Assembly (NCBI GenBank): GCA_002633005.1
Contig: NMRA01000064.1
Location: 478,523-542,522 of the forward strand
Reading direction: 5' to 3'
Source: Phoronis australis
Taxonomy: Eukaryota; Animalia; Phoronida
DNA: 64,000 nucleotides
Shown: positions 14,348 to 29,400 of the stretch, piece by piece
Position numbering within the stretch: the stretch's first letter is position 1
Layout: each line of letters opens with the position of its first letter
Translations under genes and position numbers: made by a program
The notes under the pieces: generated by a model
Told to the model about the DNA's origin: nothing
What the model saw: the letters and a program-made list of their open reading frames with translations, nothing else
The model's database searches: none

Positions 14348-14458
14348 ATGGCTGCACAGAAGCTCACTGTTACGTTAACTCGCCCGTCTGCTCAAGTGTC
14401 GTGGGGATTTCGTCTCCAAGGAGGTACAGACTTTGCCACACCGCTGTCAATCCAGTTG
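14348..14458 (+). CDS. PDZ-LIM gene B exon 1 (PDZ N-terminal part)
   Basis: MAAQKLTVTLTRPSAQVSWGFRLQGGTDFATPLSIQL; context AACATGG; donor TTG|GTGAGT. Confidence 0.93.
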
Positions 14459-17400
14459 GTGAGTTTCAACTTCATGAAGTCAGCCCACAATCAGACGGCT
14501 TGACAGGTTTAGGCCTTGGCCTTACTGTTAGGCTAAATGGAGTTCAACTACTCCGGGCACTTCACACTGGAAATTTTTCGAGTGTGCCGCAGCAGTTTGC
14601 TCGATTTAATTATAATTGACCCAGGTGTCAGTAACGTTACAAACACGAATTTGTTTGGCAATCATGAAATGAACTGAAATATGAGTTATTGACTCAATAG
14701 TTGGCTGCTGTTGTTTCTGATGTAGGCCTGCTAGTGTTTAACAACTGGTTTTGCCAGGACTAGATAGCAACTCATTGCAACCGACTATTTTGTGGAGTGT
14801 CCTTGGTCGTCATTACTCAGCTTTTAAATCGCCATGCCTTAGAATTATTCTAAAGGTTGTGATAGACAATACTGAGTAGTTAAATGAGCAAAAATATCGG
14901 ATCGTTCAGACATCTTTATCATCAACCTGTAGCCAAGTGATGTTGGAAAGATGACATATTGCTTTGGTGTTGGGGATATATAGGTTTTGAGATATTCAAG
15001 TGCATTTGAATTGGGTTTCCTTATTTCTGCTGTAAGAGTACGATGCCAGTGAATTATTCAGCAGTAGTAAACTGAAATGAATCTCCTCTGAAGTTTACAT
15101 TAAAATGAATTTTCATTAAGTTTCCTGTTAATAGTTACATGGCTGAATACAACCACAGGCATTGTGAATAAAACATTATCCTGAATTGAAAAACAATGTC
15201 TCATTTCCTACTGTAGCTATAACACTAGAAAAACCAGAAAACTTTTCACTTTGGCAGTTAGTGGACACTGTTAACACACAGATAAAAGTCAAAAGTCAAA
15301 TTGCAATGCACTGATCAACTTCCTTTGTGGCAAAGTAAAATGTGTAAATATGGCTGTCAGCTGAACTAAAGATGTCTTATCAATCATATTCTTGACATTC
15401 CCGCCTGTGTCTGGTCCAGTGCACAGCAAGTCCAGCAATGTAGTCATTTTCATTTCCTGAATTGTCTTAAAATTTCTTCAATGATGTTCAACTCCTGCAA
15501 GCCTGCCTTGACTAGATGTGAGATGAATTATTGTTAAAATTACTGTTTGTTAATTAAGTGCTTCAGTGACTAGACCCTGGAATTTGGTGACCCTGTGACC
15601 CTTTCAAAGTAAATTTTATCAACTATTGGTCTGAAGGGTTTCAAGAGGTGTGTTGTGTACACTTATGTTAAGATAAAGGCTTGCTTTGGTGAGCCTTGTA
15701 ATAACTGACATAAATTCTATCAGTCTAGATTCATGGTCAGATGCTAAGCAGAACACAGAGGGCTACCAGCTCAGGTGACTGTCCATGTCATTGTTACCCT
15801 CAAACCAGGAGGCAGTATGCTCACTCAATGTAAACTATGTTTGTAATAGTCAGTTTAAATGTAGCGTGTACAATTACAATGATTGAGCAACAGATTTGTT
15901 GATGTCAGGTGGTGCACTAATTAATGTTCATTGGCTACTGAAGGATAATCGTCAAAGCACTTAACTGAACCTTACCTGCCTAGCAGTTCCTTTTGTACAT
16001 AGCACATATTATGTGAGGGGGTGAAGCCTAATGACTTAAGCAATAAAATAAAAAAATTGTTTTAATTTGTGCATAATGAGTAAAGTGTAAATACATAATA
16101 TGTACTGGTTTATGTGGAACAGTTTGTGTAGCAACTGAATACGCATTACAGAGGGTATTCACGACTTCACTCGGCTGTGGTGCTAGGGGTTCCCAATTTA
16201 AACTGCCGAGAAAGATTGCTCTACAGTGGCAGTTTGTGGAGTATGGTGTCAAAATGGCACTTTGCTTACCCTCTGCCCATGATAATGAACAAGTTTGTGC
16301 TTTCTCAAAACATAAAATGACAACTAGATGTACAGTAGCTATTTACGTTCTCACAGTGTCATCGTTGTGCAAGTGCTGTCTGCCCACCAGGAGCTAATTC
16401 AGGATTTCAAAAAATAGCGCATCCAGTATGGATTGCCCAATTTCTCAGGGCATCTGTAACTAACAACGCTTAGCTCTGAGCATTTTGGAAGTCCCAAATC
16501 AAATTGCTCCCGTCATATGTTACTGTGGAAACAGGGTTTTGCTATAATTTATTTTTTGTATTTTATATAATTTCTAAACTTTTTTATTCTTGTCAAGCTA
16601 GTGAGCTTCCAAAGTTGCTGCTTGCAAGTTAAGACACACACACACTTACTTGGTTATTTCACTTGGGCTGAACAGGTCGTCCTAAGCTAGAGTATCCATT
16701 TGGACGCCCTGGACATCCTCTAGATGAAGGCCTGCTACCCACTGCCGCTGTAAATGTTTGAGTGCCACAATGGTCTACTTTTACAGGATTAATGGCAAGG
16801 TTTGGTATTTAACCCGAGAATTTTTACCTTTTGAGTTGTATTTGAAAAAGTACGTCAAATGATTTTTTTCCGAAAACGCATCATTTTATGTGGATGTACT
16901 GTATGGGAAACATGAAAATGCATTGGTTATCTCAATATATGTTTGCATCATGTGTTATGTCACTTATGGGAGCAAGTCTTTACTCTAGTGAGGTGGAAGA
17001 AACCCACCAACTGCGGCATTCACCTCACTGCCTTCTGTGAGGGTGTGTGACAGTGACATAAGTATAGTAGCCTGACATAAGTGGCCCCTGGTTCAGCTTT
17101 ACAGTATTGTAGTTGCTCAGTTCTGTTCCAATAGACTTCATTTCTCCAGTTTGAGCAGTCTCTTAAATTTGGGACACCAGAAATCTAGCCAAAATTGATT
17201 TTCTTAGATTCTCGAAATTGGAACATGGGTGATTTTGGCCTGTCTTATACCTCAAATATCACTCTGCGTTTTGTGTTAGCAGAGTTTAAAACAAGACTTG
17301 GCACTTCATAAAATCATTGAAAATACCTGCCAACACAATGTTCTCATGCATCTCCATATTACACTACATAAAGGTGAATGATCGTGTCGTTAATCGTAAT

Positions 17401-20400
17401 TCTTGAATTTGGGATGACCTATATTGCCTTCTAATAAAATTTGTTGCAAGCTCTGATCCAAACTGAAGACTGCTTACTGTACAAATTGAGTTAGTAGGCA
17501 ATCCTTCATGGTTTTTATACATAATTAAATCTGTGTACATAGTTTTGTTGATACAAATGTAAATTTAGTGCTTTCAATTATTGCAATACAGCGACTCCAG
17601 CTTTAGGATTACTTATGTGTGTGTGTGAACATTGATGATCTGTACAGTTTGTCCACCATCATCATATTTCATCCTATTATTGAAGGTTTATACCAGTAAC
17701 TCCTGAACCATGAGTCATTCTAAATTTAAATGCATTTATTTAGCTCACAAATTTTAAAGTTACTGGACCCGTGTTTTGACACATAAGGCAGTGAAAAAAT
17801 TCAAATTGAACCGATTTATTTTGTGTTATATGTCAAACGAATCAGGACTTTTGATCCAGGTAAAAAAATTACAAAAGCCACATGTCCTTACCTTTTCTAA
17901 CAATAATGGTTAAAATAACTGGATGTCAAATTCCAGTGACTTCAAAGTTTTTATAGAAATATCAGACCTAGTGAAAGCCCACAAGATCTTGTCAATTTTC
18001 AATTCCAAGCTGTTCAAAAGCAATGAAACATGGTAAACAAAGGGATCCAGCAACTTTAAACCTGGTTGTTTACCTCATGATAGAATGGGTGGAGTTTGTT
18101 GACACACAAATCACTCAAGTGTCATTACTACTCAGTCAGGCAGTGTGTATACTTGTCAACATGGTCTTGTTTCTGACTCATCAACAACTGTTTGCATGCA
18201 TGGTTGATGTGTTTTTTATAAGTTGAAAGGTGATGCACTGACTGATATACCAGTGATGTGCAAGGCAGCTGTTTGTTTGATAATTTATTCGGTGTAAATT
18301 TGGATGACTTTAAGAAAAACTAAGCTGTCAGTTGTGTTGATGTCTGTCATCTGTCAAATAGCTATTACCAGGAAACAATTGCTTTGGTATATTCCTGAAT
18401 AGGTTTCTCGTTTTACTCCAGCCAGTTGAAAGCTGCAAAGTTTCCAACATTCTTGACCTGTCTTGTAATATGAGCCAGTTATTTGACTTGGGGATTATAG
18501 TAGACTGTATACAGTGCTACTGAAATGATCATAGACCACATACAGTAATACCATAGGCAGTATGCAGGTTATCAGCCAGTTGTGGGCAGAATGAAACTAT
18601 GAGCTGTTGGTTTGGAGCTTTGGTGTTGTTGGAAGTAGTGTGCATGCTAGAATAACGTGCTCACTGGTTTCACGTGGAGAATTTCTGGCTTACACTGGTC
18701 ACCACTCTGAGTCCCTAAACCCCAGATAACTATTAATGTAGATCTGAGCTAATGAAGTGGAAAGGTAATTGCTAGCACTACTTTCTTAACAATGGTGGTC
18801 CTTATTATACTCAAATTGTTTTTCTATGGCATTTACACAGAGTTAAAGCCTGTAATATGGAGAGCAGTTTTAACTTAGTACATTAAATTTTACAAAAAGA
18901 CTAAGAAGTTAATTTGCATGGATCTTGACAAAAGGCCACTTACCAAGGGAACCTTGCTTTTAAATATGTTCCATACCTTTTTTTATTTTAATACTTCTGT
19001 CTAATTGCTGGACAATTTTGGTTGCAGTAACTACATAACTATTCTAGCTTTTCCTCAGTCTAAAAAATGAAATCACAGCTCTTGCCCACCGACCAACCCC
19101 ATCCACTGCTTGCACACTCTCTCTCGTTGACTACAGAGCTAGCCATCTTAGTTGTCTTCACAGGTGTTTCATTACAACTATAAGCTCACTATCGAAATTG
19201 ACGCATTTCGGCGAATAGCAGTTTTCGGGTTAGTGTACTACTCCTGGAGTAAAGTAGTTTTGCATGCACTGGGCCCTAAGCAATGTCCAAACGTTATTGA
19301 CATCTAATTTAGTCACTGTGTGTTGTTCATAGATGTTTAAAGTAGCTGAGTTGAATATTAAAAGAATAACCAACGTGATATTGTTAACTCTGATCAGCGT
19401 TTGAAAATCACCTAGTATATCAATATGCACAGTCATTTATCTTCAATCGTACCCAATGTTTGTAGTTTTTAGCTTAATAGTTCTTCGATTTTTAAAAATC
19501 GAAATCCAAACTTGGTTGTTTTTTCCATCTGAATACAGCTGTGGTATTTGTTTTTAATGAAAACTTTTGGTTAATGCATTTTGAAAATTCGCCATACAGG
19601 CAGAGGTGTTTACTACAGTTTATGGTCGGGTAATTACACTTAATTGTGTAATGCTCACACCGACTTTGGGGCCGCACTCTCTTTGATCCCGTTAAAAGCC
19701 GCTCCGAAGGATGAGCGGTGAAAAGTCACGCATATCTTTAGAAATGTGTGACTTTCGTGCAAGCGCATTATTCACGGCATGTGCAGACATGTCTGTGTGC
19801 ACTGCTGTAAGCAGGGAAACTCTTATCTGTGCCTGGCTGTTATGTTAATTTCTAAAGGCCCTTTCATACTAGTGTCTTGGTTTGGAAGTTTTGGGGAGTT
19901 GCAGTTAGTATGAACAGTTAACTTCGGTCCTGGATCAGTGCTACTTACACTTTGCAGTAAAATAACAGGGGAGTGTCAACGCTGGGGCTCAGTATGAACG
20001 GTCAACTCCAGGGGCCACTGCTATTGTCATCAATAAAAGGCAGTGTTGTCGCTAATATTTTGCTCAAATATAATGGAACTAGAAATAAGTTTTATGTCAA
20101 TTAGCACATGTAAATGTACTCAAATTGTCACATTAGAAAAGTCTTAGCGTGCACGGGATGCGTCAGTGCTTCGTTGCGATTACTTCGATGACGATAGCGT
20201 CACCTACTGTTTACTTCGATGCCGTTAGCTACCGAGGGAAGCTGGTATGAACGATTCAATTAATTTGTAGTTTACATTGACGCACCGCTCATACTAGAGT
20301 TCAATTAGTATGAAAGGGCTTTAAGATACAAGCATTTTAGTGTGTTATATTGAAGGAAAGAAAGTGGCATAGTTTGAACAGAAACAGTTGCAGGTCAGTG

Positions 20401-23400
20401 ACATTCTTGAAATGATCATGCACTTCAGTTAGTGTGAATTAGAGATTAGGATCATGCACTCCAATTCATTAGTGTGACTGGAGATTACAAATCTTAGAAG
20501 CAAAGGTTAGTGTTTGTGCCTGGCAGAAAAATTAGTCTCGCCGCGACAGAAAAAAATATTTAAATATGTATGATATGAGCCCCTTCTCAAAAAAGTTTAC
20601 GCTTTTAATAAAAGTACTGAATTAAATCTTAGTGAAGCTAGTTTGGAAATTAAGAGTGTATTGAGTTTCAAACTAGTAACCAAACCCGTCTAAAGTTCAT
20701 CTGTTGACTGTTATTGCATGAAAAGGAGTAGATTATTGCAAACTAAATAAGTGCAATGCATTTCATGGCTAGTTGCTATGTAATTAAAATCGCACATGTT
20801 GACAGACATGCTCTTCATCATAGGTATCTAGTGTATAGAAGAGGCCAAGATGGCATTGACCTGAGGCCATTGCCCACAACACTGATTGGTGTCTGGTGTT
20901 TAGAACGGTAGTGCTAATTCTTTTGTAAACACTGTTGCTGCACTTACACGGTATTTCTGATATCAAAATAGACTAAATTTTAACAAGATTGATAAACCTG
21001 GGAGTAATATATTGGTCCTAGGATAAACATAGGCCTGCAAAGTGGTTTTGGAATGATTATGTTAACTCTGCTGTTAACATTGGTCATTGGTAAAAAAATT
21101 TGACTATTGTTTCACAAACAGCCTGGAGTAAATTCAAAAAAGACCGTCTTTGGCCTCTGGAAAGGCAGTCATGCTGACCTGGGCAAGTGGGCATCAATCT
21201 ATATTCTGTTCAATAGAGGAGTTGCAATGCAGCACTCCTCTTCAGACTTTGCCTGGCCAAATCACAATAGCCAGTAATCCCATGTTTATTGTGGGCTGTC
21301 TAGCCCTTATAGACAGACATTCCTGACTAAATTAGGCATGATTCATTGACTGCTTATGAGATGACTTTTTAAAGAATTCATTGGAGTAGACAAAGAATGC
21401 CTACCCAATCAGTGTGTTAGGTGGGGCTATCCACTTGTCTACCATGGTGCTGTGTATCTTCTATTCTTTCTTGCTACTAACAGACTGCTTGTCTGGGTAC
21501 ATATTCTTTTGCATTCTTTCTCATTCTGTATAATTGTTGCCAAAGGGACAACTACAGTACCCAAACGTATGAGAACAAGTTTGTGAAATGGAACCATTTT
21601 TTTGTCTTTTGTGGTTCTTTACATATTCTTTCAATTGTCGCCTGTTGGCATGATCTTCAACCATTCTCTGTACTGCTTGTTGACATTAGTGCAGTGTATT
21701 TCATTGTGAACCTGTTATGCTTGAAACAGATGAACAAAAGTACTCCAATAAATTCTAACATTTATTTTCCTCTCTTTCTATTACGATGTCTGCGAGACAA
21801 CATATTCTACCAGTATTTTACCTTGTGTTTTGTAGTGAACACCCGTTAAAGTATGAAATACGAGATTTGCAAATTGGTGGCATTTAACTATGACATATAA
21901 GCTCAGAGGCACCTGGCAGTCTGAAGTATGACAGGTGCAGTAAAGTTATGCATTGCAATGTAACATATAATTTTCTACCTGCTCTGACATCTGAGTTTGT
22001 CATGTCTCTGTCCATGAAATACTATCACTAGACAACTCCGGGGGGGGGGGGGGGGGGNGGTGAGATTGTATATGAGGATATAGCAAAATTTTTACCTTGT
22101 TGATGGAACCTTAAGTATACCGTAACCTGATCCTTAAGTATACCAGTAACCTGACATATATTTTGCCAGGAAATGGGGTCTTACAAACTGAAAATATTAA
22201 TGTCTTAGCTCATAGAGTCTCACTAAAGCTGATCTGGGAGTGTATTTCCTACTGGAAACTTGATTTTTTTGTGGCATTTGCATGCACTGGTTTACGGATC
22301 AAGGACATGAGGATTCGAAGGACAGATGTTCACGAGCGCTCTGACAACAGTAGTCTTGGTAATGTTTTGAATGGCCACCAGAATTTTGTGGTATTTGTCA
22401 AATGAAAGTAAAATGGTTGTGTAATGAGGGAAATCCTGTTGTGAATTATCAAATCTGCTGGCATAGGGTAAGAGTCACAAATAAAGAGACCAATGACCCA
22501 AATCAAGAGTATCATAACATGACATTTGCTTGAGAAAATATACAAGAGTAGGTACTGAGGATATCAATTGAAATCGGGAAGAGGGGGAGCTTGTGACCCT
22601 TTCAGAATATAACAAAATGCAAGTTGTCCGATATTGTTGCCCAATTCTTTGCTGGATGAAAAGTTTTGAGGCTTGTGGGATTCTTGTATTTGAGCTCATG
22701 TGACTTAAAGTGTGTGAAAAATATACTGTGGCCGTGAAAATTGTTAAGCGCACATGAATGAACGCAAGCATGAGTTACGGATAACTTCTTCATTAGTTGC
22801 TTGGTTCAACTGTAACATACAAAAACATTCCATGAGACTATTGAACAATGCCTTAGTTGTTTACAAAGTTACAATGTGGTACTAATATTTCACACTGCCT
22901 GTATACTTAATGGAGGAAACGTTAAACTACTTGAGTCTACGGTAATATGAAAAGGTACTTAGAAAACACATTGCAACTTCGAAGTTATAACAATATAATG
23001 AAATTATCTACAATAGACTTACACCAATTTGTGGCATAAATCAGGATGACAAAACTGTAACAAAACTTGTCGGTAAAGGCATTGGCGCGTTACACTGAGA
23101 AACGGGGTCAGTCAAACAGTCTCACATATGCAAAATACTTCTGAAGACTATCGTCACTTGGAAAGGAGATGCAGTAGAAGCCGCATCACCAACACAAAAA
23201 CCACCAACAGATGGCGAATGAAAATAAACTACTAAATACAAACAAACTGATACATACTATGGTTGTAAAATATGTCATTTTTATATTATCCATTATCTTT
23301 TTCACATCCCTAAATACATACACTTGTGCAAAGGTGTACTCAAGAATTAAAAAATTCATGATTTGCAATGAAATGGACCCTTGATATTTTGTGCTAAATC

Positions 23401-26400
23401 AGGATATGGAAATAATTTAGTAAGACCTGTAAATAATTTAGTAAGACCTGTATATAATTTAGTAAGACCTGTAAATAACATACTGTTTGTCTTGTACTTT
23501 ACATGGCTCCTTGAACTGTTGTTTAAGTTAAGCTGTTGTATTTCTAGGTACAGCCAGGGAGTGTGGCTGCACAAGGCGGACTGCAAGCAGGTGATGCTGT
23601 GTTAAGAATCAACGGACAGACAGCAGACGACATTCAGCATGATGAGGCAAAACAAATGATTGTACAGGCGGGAAACATGGTGGAGTTTATGGTTCAAAGG
23701 TATTCTCATGGTCAACACTGTATGGATGTAATGGATTGATTCTTATTGGTTTTACTAATTAATTAAAATGCATTGAAATACACGTTTTTCTCTATTGATA
23801 ATGGTTTCATTTGTCGGAGTGCTTTGTCCATGGCGCTGTTACCATGCAATTGATACAATATTACTCAGTGTTCATTGTATATTGCTCACTGGTAGTATTT
23901 CGGAAATTATGTAGGATTAGTTTCATTTAATAACAAATACTGAGTTTTAATATAATATTGTCATAGTTGATTCGACTATCGGTCGGATTTTTCTTGCAAT
24001 GTGACTGGTCACATAGAATCTATTCATCGCCCTCCTATTAACATTTGACAATCTAAATTCTATTAATTTTTTACCTGTAAACTGTAGTTTCTTGCATGTG
24101 ACTCGCTCTTGAAATAAAAGCAACTCTGTTTAGAAGCAGGGGCCAATAAGTGTCACAATGCTTTGGGAATGTTTCCATTGGTGCACCATTATTGTGAGGA
24201 TAAATATTGAAGCATTTTGTGTTTTCTTCAGGGCTGGTGTGGTGATATGGAAACCAAAAGTGACTCCTATGTCAGAACTACGTCCCGAAGAACTACAGAC
24301 CCACACACTTCCTGGTGAAGCGCCCCCTATCCAGAAAACGTCGTTGGCATCACGTTTTGCTACAACTGTAAGTTGTTAGATCATATTAGTTTGTGCACTA
24401 ATGAGGGGAAGACGAACACTATTTGACTAGACTTTATTGTAATGGCTTAAGTAAAGCCCAATATGGCTGCCAAGAGGCGATGACTTCACCTCGTGGACAT
24501 CAATGAAACTGAATAACTTCAGTAACGATCAAGTGAGTTTTGGCGGTGCATGCGGGAAGTAGGGCAAGTCTTCACCAATTAACCACACAATGAGGCGGAC
24601 AAGTGAAGTTTCTCTACTACAAAGATATTAACAAAAGTTTTAGTCAGTTTACTTGTTTGTACTGTGTTAACGGCTTAGTCAAATTTCCATTATTTCCAGC
24701 CTTTAAAAGTTGAAAAATGACAATTTTGACAATTTGCACGAAATAACTAACAAATTTCATGCTCGAAACAGTATTGTTGAAGAAATGTCTCAACGAGGAC
24801 AGAGTATTTCGTTCTTTCTTTCTGGTTTAACTTGTGATGGTTCTTCTTTGAAAGTGCGTAATCAAATATTTGACATTCACCCAACAGTCAGCAAGGTATG
24901 ATGGTACTAAGATTCACCAGATTTAATGTATAGTCAAAGCACTGAAATAGTTATTCTGTGTTAAAACAAATACTGTATGGTGTAAAATTAAAATTTAAAT
25001 GAAAGCGCTCTGAGGAGCGAAACTTGGCGAAATTAACAAAAAAAACACGTTCGAGAGGACAAGAAAAGATGACGAAGATGACGAATATGATGATGGTGGT
25101 GGCCTTGATGAAGAACATCATAACATTCATATGACGAATTTAGATGTCATAAATCATTAAGAAATAGGCTGCAGTCTAGTTCAATAGAAGCTAAACCAAC
25201 CTGAATGCAGCAAGAGCGCTCAACAAAGGAGCAGCGTTATCACAAAGTCTCAAATAACTCAAAAAGTAGACGTCGTAGAGAAAAATGGAAAGCATCTTCT
25301 GAAAGCCCGTTCAAAGCTCTATCTAAACTGATGGTATCGCCTAATTCCGTAAATTTTTTGAAAAAAATGAAATTTTGCGTTTTTTTTAAGAATTTCAAAG
25401 TCAAATAACTCGAAAACGGTAAGTCTGAGAAAAAAATTGTTACTGGTCATTTGAAAGAGTATACCTCAAAGAATCCACGTGCAAAAAATCACGTCTTTTT
25501 CTCATTCCGTTTAAAATCGCACTCCAGCACGACTGAAAATAGGTCAACATGCGCCAGATCCGCCATCTTGAAAGCAACTTCCGGTTTTTTGGCTTTGTAT
25601 AATAGCATGTTATAAGAAACTAATACCTGTAAAAATTCGAAGGAATTGGTCTTATAATGCGCCCTCTAGAGGAGAAAACGTTTTTAGGCCAAAATCGAGG
25701 TGCGCATGCGCGATCGCCGATATTTCCGCCATCTTTAACCGGAAGTAAACAATTTCCGGTATACTTGTAGCAAACTTCCAGTTCATTTACTGTGCCGATT
25801 CTTAGCCTTTTACGTAAAAAATTGTAGCCTCCAGAAGCATTTGAACCTTTAAATGGAAACAAAATGGCCACCACAGCCGCCATCTTGGACCCGATTTTGA
25901 CGAAAAACAATAGGCTTTTAGTACTTTTGGAAGTATGTGTTATGTGTAAATTTCGTGATGATCGGACGAAAATTGCGACCTGTATTGTGCGAACAAACAA
26001 AAAAGAAACAGTGGAAGAGCAACATACTTGGCGAAATAAATAATTAAGTTTGTTTCGTTGTGACAGACCATGAAGTACGGCAGTGAGCATGACTCTAAAT
26101 ATTTTTGTTTTTTTAACAAATCTTAGCTACACCAATTGCGGCCTGACAGTAGAAATCAGAAAATAAATTATTGTACCGACTGACTGACCCATCTGAAAGC
26201 AGAGTTTCATGAGAGGGTAACAATGAATATCTGAAGTCTGCGTAGTCAATCAAGAGTTCCTTGTATGTTTGTTATCACATACACTTGTATTCTACAAATA
26301 CAAATGTATTAATTATTTGATGTATGTATAGTATTGATGAAGATGGAGAGTAAAACTAATTTTGAACCTTTATACCCAGATATTGTAGGCTTGTGACCAC

Positions 26401-29400
26401 CGCACCACCATTTTGTTCATCTCTAATTAATGTCTTGGACTTAATGACATCTTGTCTTCCTTAGGAGCCTTGTAAAATTGGCGTTGCCCACAATCGTGCG
26501 GCACGGCCGTTCCCAGGGTCAGGCAACAGTGGCTATGGAAACACCAAGCCAGCTGTAGTACATGCACAGTTCAACTCACCCTTTAACCTCTACTCATCAC
26601 AGAACGCGAGCGACACCTATGAGAAACAGACTGAAGCTCTAGAGACAAACCTTGGAAGGTACGATTGTGTGCATAACTCTTGATATTGTTTTGGTAAAAG
26701 TTTCATAATTCTTAATGCTGAAGTGGTTTTATACAGTTTAGTTAACAGAAGGCGGAAATTGACAACGTTTAATATTTAATTGTTTCAATTTTATATTCAT
26801 CTGTCATATTTGTGAGGGTTTCCAAGAATCATTTTTTTGGTTTTAATGCTATGTAGGACCTTGCAACAAGCCTGTATTTAGCCAAATGTCTACAAAACTA
26901 AAGATTTTAACTCGGTAAAGGTATGTATTTTCTGAAAGTAGAAAGGCTTTAAAATTTGGTTCTTGACTTTTTACCAACCTGCCATTAACTGCACTGCTGC
27001 AGTTTTCAGAATTATCATTTCATTTTCGTTTTATGCAAGTTATGAGTTTTTGTGAAAGTCATAAATTCCTTATAGTGTGATAGCCTGTCATGCAAAAGTG
27101 GAACTTCTAAAACTATTCCTAAGACTGTACTGAAGACCAGTACGTGAATCATTGTCAAAACTAGACATTTTTCAAGGTTTCAACATGGATCGCTTAGAAA
27201 ACAAATCCAAGATTACCGGCACCTTTGAAAATGAAACTCGTGGCCTAAACAAGACAAAATTGGACCAGATCCATGAGCACTTTGGATCTGCTGTGTGTGC
27301 AGGTTGAGGATGCAAGGTTAAGTTGTTGGTTATTACTAATTTGGCTTCTTTTCATCACGAAGCAAGGTCAACTATGGTAGTGTTATGTTGTAGTGGGATA
27401 TCAATAAATCTTGTCAGGCTAATTCACTGAACAAGGCCATTTTCCTTGCTATGAGAGCACAAAAGGTTTTGGATCAAATTCTGTGTCAGTGCCAACTTAA
27501 ATTAATGTAGGGAGGGATAAACCTTTTTGCATCCCATGAGGATAGCGTGACATGTTTGTTTGAAAGTCTGCCAGATCTCTGTATCTATGGCTGTGGTTAT
27601 TACAGGCGGCCTGCAGGAGGTAGGTAGAAATGAGTGGTACTATGTTTATGTTCTTATTATCCAGCGTGAAACCACTGAACAATTTACTAATTCTTAGGGC
27701 TTCACATGTAAGCACAGCTTGTTGCATTTAGTACAAGATTTGGTGAACAAGTCCAGGCACACTGGACTGACGAGTTTTGGAGAACGGTTTAACAAGCATT
27801 CACCTCGTACACATTTTAACCATTTAAAACCTTCAACTTTATTAATCGGGAATGTTGTTTGATATGCTTATTTCCAAAACTATAACTGGATACGATTTAC
27901 AGCGACTATAAATCTGCGTTCCATTCGAGAAATGAACTTTTGACTCGGACAGCTTACCGCTATAAAGTTGGCCTCAACTTGTTCTTTGCTCAGATGACAA
28001 GTGATTTTGGGGTTTGCAAAGAACTGACAGTTCATTCATTTCTTCCTTGAGAACACGCTTGGCGCCCAAAATGTCAGGCCTTGGCAAGGATCTTGTAGAG
28101 TCTCGTCGTGAGCAATAACGAACTGTCACTTTTTTTGAAGTCTGGACATGCTCTACAGTTTGACTTGTCACTTCATGTCATTGTCTGCACCAAGCCTTTT
28201 ATCAAGGAATAACAACTTCAGTTCTTTGCGAGCCCAAAAATTGCCTCTCATATCAGTAATAAACAATTTGAGACAAAATTTCACAGCAGTAATTGATTTA
28301 AATCAAAAATTGTTTTTCGTCCTGGAGGGCGACTTTAAAACTGCTTTAGTATTTACAAAACTAATATGCCTCAGTTATTGGTTTAGTTTATTTTAGTAAC
28401 TGCATGCTTGTAGCCTCAATATCGAGTATGATATTTGTGATAACTGTATGGTGTTCTTATTGTTTGAGGCAATGTTTAGTTGACTGGTTTGTGTTCGTGC
28501 GATATTCAAAGTCCGGTCACATACTTTCTTTACCGGTTTGCCAATGAAAAACACCTTCCCAGCATGACGTGTGAGTGATGTTCAAATAACTTGGGCTAGG
28601 TTGCATCATGCTGCCTCCTGATACTGGATAACGTTAGTTGCTGCGTAATAGCACCGAATTATTTTTCAACCATAGCAATGTGATGTGCTGTTGGGTGCTT
28701 CTTTCATTGTTGTCTGGATTTTCAAAGTCAGCAGCACTTCCCTACCAAGTAGATAAAGAGTCCCCTAGTCCAATTAAAGTATATGATGTTTGGTAGTTTA
28801 TACTTCCTGATGTCATTAACTGATGCAGCCAAGCCCTCGCATGTTGCATCTTGTTTCCAGTTTGGATGTGAATGATGATGAGGATAGTGGAGATAGTAAA
28901 CCCAAGTTAACCCCCACACAACTCCTCCTGTTGGAGGAACAAGAAGAGAAAAAGAAAATGGCCGCTGGGAACACCAACGGCGAAGGAGAGACTGCGGGAA
29001 GGAAACAGTCTAGATCATTTCAAATGTTACAAAGAGATTTAGATGCTGGTGTAGTTGGTATGTGATTTGTATAGAATTGTGTGAAAGAAGGGATCAAATG
29101 GGTGAAAATCAAAGCACACATTGAACAACTCTAGAGCACACATTGAACAACTATCAAACAGTGGCTACTGTAATTTAAATGAATCATTTCCTGTTTTGGG
29201 TTCAAAATCAAATCAGTGGTTAGACAGGTTTGTCAGGTTTTCATTCTCATGTTGAAAGTCTACATTAATTGCATGATCACCATGACAACAGCTGTTGACA
29301 AGGATTACCATAATTTTTTAAAATTTTGTTATGCTGTTAATTTGATGGCATTTGTTTGATGTGTTCCTAACTTAGCATTTTTTATTTTACCTATTTGTTG

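Noticed and set aside
22040-22061. Poly-G run as a G-quadruplex element
   Set aside because: A homopolymer next to an N; its length is unreliable.
25620-26090. 156-aa minus-strand ORF
   Set aside because: Lies within an interspersed repeat; no transposase or other domain motifs.
27974-28171. 65-aa minus-strand ORF with protein-like composition in PDLIM intron 4
   Set aside because: No recognisable family and no convincing splice partners; possibly a transposon relic.
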